Source of the DNA: Patescibacteria group bacterium
GTDB lineage: Bacteria; Patescibacteriota; Patescibacteriia; UBA9570; JAHJKD01
Assembly (NCBI GenBank): GCA_043798935.1
Contig: JAZDOC010000014.1
Location: 3,549 to 67,548, forward strand
Direction: 5' to 3'
DNA: 64,000 nt
Shown here: one piece after another, positions 19,680 through 27,685 of the stretch
How the letters are laid out: every line of letters begins with the position of its first letter
How positions within the stretch are numbered: the stretch's first letter is position 1
Translations under genes and position numbers: made by a program
The notes under the pieces: generated by a model
Told to the model about the DNA's origin: nothing
Database searches by the model: none
What the model saw: only the letters and a program-made list of their open reading frames with translations

Positions 19680-19937
19680 TTACTTTTTTACCTTAATTTT
19701 TACGCCTTTTCCATAAGCCCGGTCGTCTAATTTACCAATTTTTCTTAAAAAATCTTTTTCATTTTTGACCTTGGTTTTTCTAATGGCTTGTTCGCGTACT
19801 TTTCTTTTATTAGGCTTTGGTTGTTGGAATTGTTTCTTTTTTACTTGCAATAATTTACCACTAGACTGAATTTTTCGAACAAACCGTCGCACTAATCCTT
19901 CGTTAGATTCTCCATTTTTCTTTTTTACTTGAACCAC
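19680..19937 (-). CDS. rpsU: 30S ribosomal protein bS21
   Basis: VKKKNGESNEGLVRRFVRKIQSSG; basic; conserved rpsU-yqeY synteny; GTG start. Confidence 0.85.
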   Translation of the reverse strand: MVQVKKKNGESNEGLVRRFVRKIQSSGKLLQVKKKQFQQPKPNKRKVREQAIRKTKVKNEKDFLRKIGKLDDRAYGKGVKIKVKK

Positions 19938-19946
19938 GTGATACTT

Positions 19947-19958
19947 TCACCTCCTCTT
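19947..19958 (-). promoter_or_regulatory. Extended Shine-Dalgarno sequence of rpsU
   Basis: AAGAGGAGGTGA 9 nt before the GTG start. Confidence 0.9.
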
Positions 19959-20007
19959 GTTATAGATGATTAATTATTAAATAATACTAAACAAAAAAGT
20001 CAGTTAA

Positions 20008-20036
20008 AATATAACACTAACATCATAATATGTCAA
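20008..20036 (-). promoter_or_regulatory. Sigma70 promoter of the rpsU operon
   Basis: TTGACA-17 nt-TATATT with a TGn extension. Confidence 0.75.
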
Positions 20037-20042
20037 ACACTG

Positions 20043-20384
20043 CTAAGCGAGGTCTTTTAATTTACCGCCACCCATTAAATGCCAATGGATATGTGCGACT
20101 TCCTGACCACTATCCGGACCAGTATTTACTGTTATCCGATAACCACTATCTAAAATATTTTGTTCTTTAGCTATTTGTTTTGCGCTTAAAAACACTTCAG
20201 TGATTATTTGAGTATCTTTTTCTGTTATTTCGTTAACACTGCAAATATGTTTTTTAGAAATAATTAAAATGTGAACCCGGGCTTTAGGATTAATATCATG
20301 AAACGCCATGATATGTTCATTTTCAAAAATAATGTTAGCTGGAATTTCGTGGGCAACAATTTTACAAAAGATGCAATCGGTCAT
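20043..20384 (-). CDS. Histidine triad (HIT) nucleotide-binding protein
   Basis: DCIFCKI, GQEVAHIHWHL. Confidence 0.95.
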   Translation of the reverse strand: MTDCIFCKIVAHEIPANIIFENEHIMAFHDINPKARVHILIISKKHICSVNEITEKDTQIITEVFLSAKQIAKEQNILDSGYRITVNTGPDSGQEVAHIHWHLMGGGKLKDLA

Positions 20385-20386
20385 TT

Positions 20387-21745
20387 TTATTTTCCTTGTT
20401 CTAGTTTTAATTTTTCTAAACGTCTGGTAAGCTCTTTCTGAATTTTATTGACATCGATTATTTCTTGAGAGTTGCTAGCCATATCTCTTAAGATAATGGT
20501 TTTATCTGTCATTTCCTTTTGGCCTAGAATTAACGTGAACTTTACATTGAATTTAGCCGCTACTGAAAGTTGGCTAGATAATGAACTCTTAGATAAATTA
20601 GCTTTTAAATTGAACCCGGCTTTGCGTAAATCTTCAAGAAGTTTTAAAGATTTTTTTCGAGCGCTTTCACCTATTTGAGCTAAAAAAATATCTGTTTCAT
20701 CTTGATCCGAAACTTCAACTCCATTATTTTTCATGGCCATGATAATACGTTCCATGCCCCCAGCCAAACCTGTACCGGCTATTCCTTCCCGGCCTCCAAG
20801 TATTTGGATTAGTCCATCATAACGACCACCGCCACTAATAGCTGATTGAGTTTCGTCTTTTTCTTGACCATTATAAATTGGTAAAAATTCAAAAGCAGTG
20901 CGAATATAATAATCTAAACCCCGAACTATTCTAGGATTTAAAGTATAAGGTATCTCGGCTTCATCAAGATGTTCTAAAACTTTTACAAAATGTGTTCGGC
21001 AATCATCACATAAGTTATCCACCATCTGTGGAGCTTCTTCGGCCATTTCCTTACAAACCTTTTCTTTACAATCTAATAAGCGCAATGGATTTTTACCATA
21101 GCGTTTTTTACAATTTTCGCATAAATTTTTACGACGAGTTCGATAATAATCTTGCAAAGCTTGAATAAAAACCGGTCGACAGTCTTTACAACCAACACTA
21201 TTTATTTGAATTGAAGAATCCAAACCAAAATCTTTAAATAAATTATATTGCAAGGAAATAATCTCAGCGTCAATTACTGGAGCTCCATCCCCTATTACTT
21301 CAAAACTGTACTGGTGAAATTGTCGGTATCTGCCGGCTTGCGGTTTGTCGTGGCGAAAAACCGGACCAACTGAATAAAGTTTCACGGGCTGTGGACGATT
21401 AATCATGCCGTGTTCATTATAAGCTCGAACAATTGAAGCAGTGATTTCTGGACGAGCACAAATATTATCTCCACCCTGGTCAGTAAAGACAAACATTTCC
21501 TTTTCGACAACATCGGTATTTTTCCCAATTGAACGAATAAATAATGAGCTAGCTTCTAAAATTGGAGTATCGATTCTTTCAAAACCATAAACTTCAGCAA
21601 TCTTTTTAATTTTTTCGTTAAGAAAATCCCAATATTTCTGTTCTTCAGGCATTATATCTTTCATGCCCTTTAACAATTTGAGAGGGGTTATTTTTTTAGC
21701 AATTTTTTTCTTGGCCGTTGTTTCGGAAGATTTTTTTCTTGACAT
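20387..21745 (-). CDS. hisS: Histidyl-tRNA synthetase
   Basis: RPEITAS, FRHDKPQAGRYRQFHQ, VRGLDYY, GGGRYD. Confidence 0.97.
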   Translation of the reverse strand: MSRKKSSETTAKKKIAKKITPLKLLKGMKDIMPEEQKYWDFLNEKIKKIAEVYGFERIDTPILEASSLFIRSIGKNTDVVEKEMFVFTDQGGDNICARPEITASIVRAYNEHGMINRPQPVKLYSVGPVFRHDKPQAGRYRQFHQYSFEVIGDGAPVIDAEIISLQYNLFKDFGLDSSIQINSVGCKDCRPVFIQALQDYYRTRRKNLCENCKKRYGKNPLRLLDCKEKVCKEMAEEAPQMVDNLCDDCRTHFVKVLEHLDEAEIPYTLNPRIVRGLDYYIRTAFEFLPIYNGQEKDETQSAISGGGRYDGLIQILGGREGIAGTGLAGGMERIIMAMKNNGVEVSDQDETDIFLAQIGESARKKSLKLLEDLRKAGFNLKANLSKSSLSSQLSVAAKFNVKFTLILGQKEMTDKTIILRDMASNSQEIIDVNKIQKELTRRLEKLKLEQGK

Positions 21746-21837
21746 AATATAAATATTATTAATGATGCAAAACTATAAAAATTAAAATTACCTATATATA
21801 GGAAATTAATGTAAGTAATTGGTAGAGTAAAATATTT

Positions 21838-22212
21838 TTAAATAAATTTCTTTACTGTAGCAATTACCGAACTGATTGGATGATTAGCTTTAACTAAATA
21901 ATCACTAGCACCTAATTCTTTACCTTTAGCAACATCACCATCTTGGCCCAAATTTGATAACACAATAATCGGAATACTTTTTAACTCTGGGTCATTTTTT
22001 ACTCTTTTTAGAAAAACAAAGCCATCTAAACGAGGTAAAATTATGTCTAATAAAACCAAATCCGGATGTTCATCAGTTATTTTTTGTAAAGCTTCTTCAC
22101 CTTGAATAGCTACTAATACATCGAATCCTTCTTCAATTAAATTTTCTCTTAAGATATTTACCAAGGAGCCTTCGTCCTCCACTAGTAATACTCTTTTTTT
22201 ATTTTTAGGCAT
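21838..22212 (-). CDS. Single-domain response regulator (receiver only)
   Basis: LLVEDE, LVLLDIILP, DG, LSN, GASDYLVK; likely start MPKNKK at 22212 (ORF extends to 22248). Confidence 0.9.
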   Translation of the reverse strand: MPKNKKRVLLVEDEGSLVNILRENLIEEGFDVLVAIQGEEALQKITDEHPDLVLLDIILPRLDGFVFLKRVKNDPELKSIPIIVLSNLGQDGDVAKGKELGASDYLVKANHPISSVIATVKKFI

Positions 22213-22320
22213 ATTGTGTATTTTAAATATTTTAGCTGATTTAATCATAGCAAATTGACTATAAAATGTCTAATTTTCATTCATTTGTCAAGAGTTGTAA
22301 TTTATATTATAATTAGCCCC

Positions 22321-24126
22321 ATGGAAAACGAAAATTTAGAAATTCAAAATCAGGAAGAAAAACCTGAAGAAAAAACAACAACTACTATAAAAAAAGCTTC
22401 TAGTCGCACACCTAAAAAAGCTACTCGTCGTAAAAAAACCGTGAAATCAACTGACGAAAGCGAACAAAAAAACATACCAGCCAAGGCCAAAACTAGCCAA
22501 AAAACAATGGCAAATGATGATATTGAACCAGACGAATCAGACAGCGAGGTTGCAAAGGATGAAATTGAAGAAAATGGAACAACTATCGAAGAAGAGCCAA
22601 TTATTGTTTCTAAGAAAAAAAGCAAACCAAAAACATTACCACTTGCAGAACCAAAACTCATTGTTGAAACTACGGAAATAATTCAAAAACCAAAAAAATC
22701 CAGAAAAAAAATTATTTTTTTAATTATTTTTTTACTTTTACTGCTTGGCGGTGTTTTAATTTATAACTTTTTTTCCGGAGCTTTAAATAATTTAATCGAT
22801 AGCCAAGGCGATACCTCTTTGTATGAACAGCTACAATTATTAATTACCGACAATAATAAACCTCTCGACGGTGAAGCAGAGGATCAAGTCAATATCTTAC
22901 TTTTAGGCATGGGCGGAGCACAACATGATGGCGGTTTGCTAACTGATACTATCATGATTGCTTCCATCAAACCTTCTACTAACCAAGTGGCTTTTATTTC
23001 TTTGCCACGCGATTTAGCTGTGATTATTAAAAATGCAAAAACCGGCGCACTGGAAGGTCGTAAAATTAATTATGCATACGAACTTGGGGGAATGGATTTA
23101 GTAAAAGAAAAAATAAATGATGTTACTGGATTATACATAAATTATTATCTATTATTAGACTTTGCCGGTTTTATTAAAATGATTAACGATATTGGTGGTG
23201 TAACAGTCGATGTCCCAAACCGTTTCAATGGCTATTATCATATTGCTGATTGTGGTGGAACTTGCGATGGCGCTGACGGTGGGCCTGTATTATATTCTAC
23301 CGGCGATGGCCCTTATTGTATTTACCGCTTTTACAAAGGTGGGGCTGAAATGACCGGTGAACAAGCATTAATGTTTGCACGCATTCGTAAAATCGCCTAC
23401 TCTGCTCCGGACAGCGAGTATTATGAAGGATCAGACTTTGCTCGCGCCCGCCGCCAACAAAAAATTATTGAAGCTTTTCAGAAAAAAATGTTCGCCACCT
23501 CAACTTTAGCTAATCCGGTTAAAATCACTAAAATTATAAGCGATCTGGGCAATCATTTAAAAACTAACCTGGAACTTTGGGAAATGGCCAAACTTGGTTT
23601 AATGGCTGAAAATTTTAACCGTGACAATATTATAAATTTAGTAATCGATGAAAATAGTGGATTATTAACCGGTGGCTATAATTACACGCTTACTCCGGTT
23701 ATCGGTGATTATAAATTTAGTGAAATCCAAAAAGTAGTAAGCAATGTTTTTGCCCAAGCCATAGATGATAAAGCCGAAGAAACTACGAAACAAAAAACTG
23801 CGATGGAAAAAGCCAATATTATGGTTTTAAACGGTACTAAAATTGAAGGGCTTGCCGGACGAACTTCACAAACACTTCAAGATGCCGGATACACAATAAA
23901 CAGTGTAGCTAACGCACCGACAGCCATATCCAAAACCACGGCCATATATGACCTAACTCAAAGTAACCCACAAACAAACTTAAAACTAGCGGAAAAATAT
24001 CATGTCACTATTTCCGAACCCCAAGATTTAGAAACCGATTATCCTGATAATGAAATAGATACAAGTGACATTGATTTTATTATAGTGCTTGGTCAAGACC
24101 AAGACGATACAAGCTCAAATAACTAA
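22321..24126 (+). CDS. LCP (LytR-CpsA-Psr) family protein with disordered N-terminus and LytR C-terminal domain
   Basis: NILLLG, TDTIM, SLPRDL, KINYAY, SDFARARRQQ, VLNGT..EGLA; likely start ATG 22321. Confidence 0.92.
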   Translation: MENENLEIQNQEEKPEEKTTTTIKKASSRTPKKATRRKKTVKSTDESEQKNIPAKAKTSQKTMANDDIEPDESDSEVAKDEIEENGTTIEEEPIIVSKKKSKPKTLPLAEPKLIVETTEIIQKPKKSRKKIIFLIIFLLLLLGGVLIYNFFSGALNNLIDSQGDTSLYEQLQLLITDNNKPLDGEAEDQVNILLLGMGGAQHDGGLLTDTIMIASIKPSTNQVAFISLPRDLAVIIKNAKTGALEGRKINYAYELGGMDLVKEKINDVTGLYINYYLLLDFAGFIKMINDIGGVTVDVPNRFNGYYHIADCGGTCDGADGGPVLYSTGDGPYCIYRFYKGGAEMTGEQALMFARIRKIAYSAPDSEYYEGSDFARARRQQKIIEAFQKKMFATSTLANPVKITKIISDLGNHLKTNLELWEMAKLGLMAENFNRDNIINLVIDENSGLLTGGYNYTLTPVIGDYKFSEIQKVVSNVFAQAIDDKAEETTKQKTAMEKANIMVLNGTKIEGLAGRTSQTLQDAGYTINSVANAPTAISKTTAIYDLTQSNPQTNLKLAEKYHVTISEPQDLETDYPDNEIDTSDIDFIIVLGQDQDDTSSNN

Positions 24127-24135
24127 ACTCTTTTT

Positions 24136-25503
24136 ATGGGTAAAAAAATTCCGCAGGTTGCCATTGTAGGCCGAACCAACGCTGGTAAATCCACTTTATT
24201 TAATCGTTTATCAGAAACGCACAAAGCCATAGTTTCGTCTTTAGTCAACACCACTCGTGATCGCAATTTTGCCAATATCTATTGGCTAGACAAAGAGTTT
24301 ACTTTAGTTGATACAGGAGGGCTAGACACGGCTAAACAAGATCAACTCGGCCAGGAAATTCAAAAACAAGTAAAATTAGCTATCAATCAGGCCGATTTAA
24401 TTTTATTTATTGTTGACGGCACTGCCCCGCTTATGCCCCAGGATAAAACCATGGCAAAATTATTGTATAAAACTAAAAAGCCGGTTATCTTGGGAATAAA
24501 CAAAATTGATAACCGTAAAAAACAAAACGCTATTGATCCTGATTTTTTTCGTTTAAATTTTTCAAACATCGCAAAATTTTCAGCCATTAACGGCGCTCAA
24601 ACCGGAGATTTGCTGGATCTAATTACATCTAACTTACCAACTCAGAAAAAAAAGACGTCTGACAAAAAATTCCTAAATATTAAACTTGCCATTATTGGTC
24701 GACCAAATGTTGGAAAATCTTCATTAATCAACGCTATTTTAGGAGAAGAAAGAGTTATTACTTCTGATATTGCTCATACCACTCGTGATGTAAATGACAT
24801 TGATTTTTTCTATAAAGACACAAACTTTACACTGGTAGACACTGCCGGATTGCGACGTAAAAGTAAAGTTGGTCAATGGTCAAATAAACTGTTAGGTAAA
24901 ATAGAAAAAGAAGGTATCGGTAGTACAATTCGTTATATGGAAAAAGCCGACATCACTATTTTGGTGCTGGAAGCGCAAAAAACCGTTACCGCCCAAGATT
25001 TAGCGCTTGTCCAATTAGCTATGAACTATGATAAAAATTTAATCATAGTAATTAATAAATGGGACTTAATACCAGATAAAGATGAGGCCACTATAAATGA
25101 ATATACTAAATATTTTGATGCCAAAATTCCCTTCGTACGTTGGGTGCCTATGGTATTCACTTCGGCTTTAACTGGTCAGCGAGTTCGAAAAATTTTAGAC
25201 CTCGCTTTAGAAGTTTATAATTATGGTCAGAAAAAAATTCCCGCGCAAGAATTAAAAATATTACTTGATAATCTTACTTATCGCTTACAACCCAAACAGC
25301 ACCAAGTACTAACATTTGGTCAAGAAAAATCACCATTAAAACTTAAATGGTTAGAGCAAGTAAAAACCAGTCCTCATATTTTTAAATTAGTTACTCCCAC
25401 TCCAAAAAATGTACCGCCGGCCATTGTAAAAATACTGGAAAAAACTCTTCGCGAAAAATATGAATTTTTAGGTGTTCCAATCAAAATAGTAGTTTCAAAA
25501 TAA
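24136..25503 (+). CDS. der: Ribosome biogenesis GTPase Der/EngA
   Basis: Two G domains: GRTNAGKS and GRPNVGKS, DTGG and DTAG, NKID and NKWD. Confidence 0.96.
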   Translation: MGKKIPQVAIVGRTNAGKSTLFNRLSETHKAIVSSLVNTTRDRNFANIYWLDKEFTLVDTGGLDTAKQDQLGQEIQKQVKLAINQADLILFIVDGTAPLMPQDKTMAKLLYKTKKPVILGINKIDNRKKQNAIDPDFFRLNFSNIAKFSAINGAQTGDLLDLITSNLPTQKKKTSDKKFLNIKLAIIGRPNVGKSSLINAILGEERVITSDIAHTTRDVNDIDFFYKDTNFTLVDTAGLRRKSKVGQWSNKLLGKIEKEGIGSTIRYMEKADITILVLEAQKTVTAQDLALVQLAMNYDKNLIIVINKWDLIPDKDEATINEYTKYFDAKIPFVRWVPMVFTSALTGQRVRKILDLALEVYNYGQKKIPAQELKILLDNLTYRLQPKQHQVLTFGQEKSPLKLKWLEQVKTSPHIFKLVTPTPKNVPPAIVKILEKTLREKYEFLGVPIKIVVSK

Positions 25504-25504
25504 T

Positions 25505-26044
25505 ATGCGCTTAATCGTCGGCTTGGGAAATCCGGGCACAAAATATCAAAACACTCGCCATAATATTGGTTTTATGGTTTTAGATAAATTATGTCAAAAT
25601 TTTAAAATAGTTAAAAAATATAACGCTTTGATTTATAAAGATAATAATGTAATTTTTCTAAAACCGCAATCATATATGAATAATTCGGGTCAAGCCGTGA
25701 GCCAAGTAGCTGCTTATTACAAAATAGAACCAAAAAATATTTATGTAATTTACGATGATAAAGATCTGCCTTTTGGAAAACTACGTATTCGAACTAACGG
25801 ATCAGCCGGTGGGCACAATGGCATCAAATCTATTATTGCTAATTTAAATTCTCAAAATTTTGTTCGCTTTCGAATTGGTATTAAAAATGAGGATACATCA
25901 AATGTTGATACGGCCGATTTTGTTTTAAGTAAATTTACATCTTCAGAAAAAAACTCTCTTAATCATGTATTAATTGCTGTTATCGAAGCAGTTGAATTGG
26001 CAATTGTAAAAGGAGTGCAAAAAGCCATGAACAATTTCAATTAA
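25505..26044 (+). CDS. pth: Peptidyl-tRNA hydrolase
   Basis: GLGNPG, TRHNIG, YMNNSG, GGHNG. Confidence 0.97.
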   Translation: MRLIVGLGNPGTKYQNTRHNIGFMVLDKLCQNFKIVKKYNALIYKDNNVIFLKPQSYMNNSGQAVSQVAAYYKIEPKNIYVIYDDKDLPFGKLRIRTNGSAGGHNGIKSIIANLNSQNFVRFRIGIKNEDTSNVDTADFVLSKFTSSEKNSLNHVLIAVIEAVELAIVKGVQKAMNNFN

Positions 26045-26049
26045 ACGAG

Positions 26050-26079
26050 AAAGACCCACTAAATTAATAATGGGTCTTT
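26050..26079. terminator. Hairpin between convergent pth and the putative ncRNA (bidirectional terminator)
   Basis: aaagaccca-ctaaattaataa-tgggtcttt. Confidence 0.6.
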
Positions 26080-26083
26080 ATGC

Positions 26084-26324
26084 AAAAAAAGCACTCGGAG
26101 CCGTATTTGTTATTCTCGCACGGTTTAGGAGGAAAAATTAAACCGACAATTTTTACAAATAGGCCTTCAAAGGCTTTTTTTAATGTTCAATATGCCGCTG
26201 ATAAGCGGACAAGTTTTTGGTTATCCCAAAAACATCCTTTATGCTACTAGATGCGACCAGGAGGGGTAGTCACTTCGTTCACACTTACCAGCAACATATT
26301 GAACATTATCTATTTTTCAAGAGC
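26084..26324 (-). ncRNA. Putative structured small RNA with two CCUCC (anti-SD) loops
   Basis: Upstream promoter; 26-bp continuous helix whose 4 G-U pairs form only on the minus strand; second long hairpin ending in U7; no ORF. Confidence 0.7.
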
Positions 26325-26330
26325 CGCAAC

Positions 26331-26358
26331 ATTTTATCATTAATTAAATAAAAGTCAA
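26331..26358 (-). promoter_or_regulatory. Sigma70 promoter of the putative ncRNA
   Basis: TTGACT-16 nt-TAAAAT with a TGn extended -10. Confidence 0.7.
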
Positions 26359-26422
26359 GCCTCTTTGTGGAAAGAGAATTTTTGCTCAAACTAGCTAATT
26401 TTTATTGTTTTAATTCGGTTTC

Positions 26423-26454
26423 AAAAGCCCGCGCCCATAAAGGGCGGGGCTTTT
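26423..26454. repeat. REP-like GC-rich hairpin, copy 1
   Basis: aaaagcccgcgcccataaagggcggggctttt; near-identical copies at 40592 and 60816. Confidence 0.85.
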
Positions 26455-26477
26455 ATCTATTATTATATATAAAGCCT

Positions 26478-27101
26478 TTAATGCACATTTTCAGGCTCGC
26501 TGACTACATTTTTTGGATCCAAAAAATCGTTATTTATTGTTAGATTTATGTAAGTTTTTTCTAAATCAATATCAGGCCATATTTTTACACTAAGTTCACC
26601 CTGTCCGCCATCAGCTGAAAATAATATTAAACTAGTTTCTATTTGATCTGCGTTTTCACCAGCTAAATTTTTAATTTCTTTAACATCCTCCCCCATTTGA
26701 TCTTTATAGTATATGAGTACCGCTGTTTCCGAATCGGTTGTTGATAATAGAGCTGATGATAAATTCGTATCAGCAATAGAAAAAATCTTTTTCTCTAACA
26801 GTACGCCCGGATAATTATTTAAACCAAATTTATCGGCCACTTGTTGTTTTTGTTCTGAAAAAATTTCATTATTGCTTACATTGGTATTGGCACTACTGGC
26901 TACAGTATTAGCATCTGTCGCGACTATCTGGCTGGCCATGTTATCCATGTTATCTTGAATTTGTTTTTCTAGAGCTTCAGTTGTTTCTATCCCTTGAACT
27001 AATGTTTTTTCCGGACTTACTTTTTGTTTTATACCAAGTACAGCTGCGCTAAAAACAACAAGCAATAATATTGCAAATAATAAATAAGTTCTAAATGACA
27101 T
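26478..27101 (-). CDS. Hypothetical membrane-anchored/exported protein
   Basis: N-terminal hydrophobic helix, acidic soluble domain. Confidence 0.7.
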   Translation of the reverse strand: MSFRTYLLFAILLLVVFSAAVLGIKQKVSPEKTLVQGIETTEALEKQIQDNMDNMASQIVATDANTVASSANTNVSNNEIFSEQKQQVADKFGLNNYPGVLLEKKIFSIADTNLSSALLSTTDSETAVLIYYKDQMGEDVKEIKNLAGENADQIETSLILFSADGGQGELSVKIWPDIDLEKTYINLTINNDFLDPKNVVSEPENVH

Positions 27102-27118
27102 AAATTTTATTTAATTGA

Positions 27119-27655
27119 TTAATCTTTATTTAGTAATGCCTTTACTATAGCAGAGCCAAATTTATAAGCTGCTTTGGGACCATTGGCGGTAATAATGTCA
27201 CCATCGATAATCACTTCTTGGTCCGTATATTCTGCGCCGTTTGCAACCAAATCATTAATAGCCTGTTCATCTGCAAAAACTGTAGCTTTTTTTCCACGGA
27301 GCAAATTAGCTTTTGCCAGAATTACAGGTGCAATACAAATTGCTGAAATTAATTTGTGATATTGATTAAAATTAATAGCTAATTTATAAAATCTTTCATC
27401 ATCAGTAATTTGGGCCATGGATGATCCGCCCACAAAAACCACGCCATCATATTCTTCTACATTTTCAGTATATTCTAATAAATCGCTAACTACAACATCA
27501 ACATTAGTTGATCGGCCATTAGTGCCACTAGCCCCACCAGCCTCAAGCGCACCAGTAACAACCTGGATACTATTACTTTCTAGTATTTCTTTAGTAATGA
27601 AATATTCATCTTCATTAAAACCGTCATTAGCCACTATCAATAATATTTTAGCCAT
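27119..27655 (-). CDS. DJ-1/PfpI family protein
   Basis: GFNEDE, FVGG, AICIAP nucleophile elbow, IITANGP. Confidence 0.93.
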   Translation of the reverse strand: MAKILLIVANDGFNEDEYFITKEILESNSIQVVTGALEAGGASGTNGRSTNVDVVVSDLLEYTENVEEYDGVVFVGGSSMAQITDDERFYKLAINFNQYHKLISAICIAPVILAKANLLRGKKATVFADEQAINDLVANGAEYTDQEVIIDGDIITANGPKAAYKFGSAIVKALLNKD

Positions 27656-27685
27656 AAAAATTTATTATTAATCTTATTTTATAAA

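Noticed and set aside
21838-22212. Assigning this receiver protein as the partner of the 30612 kinase
   Set aside because: About 8 kb away and not co-transcribed; plausible but unsupported by the sequence
26120-26300. Plus-strand AGGAGG sites as ribosome-binding sites of a type I toxin, or CsrB-like GGA loops
   Set aside because: No start codon at SD spacing after either site, and the G-U pattern and promoter favour the minus strand
26084-26324. 6S RNA, tmRNA, RNase P or SRP RNA
   Set aside because: No single rod with a central bubble, no tRNA-like CCA end, no GAGGAAAGUCC and no SRP domain IV motif seen; an Rfam search is still needed
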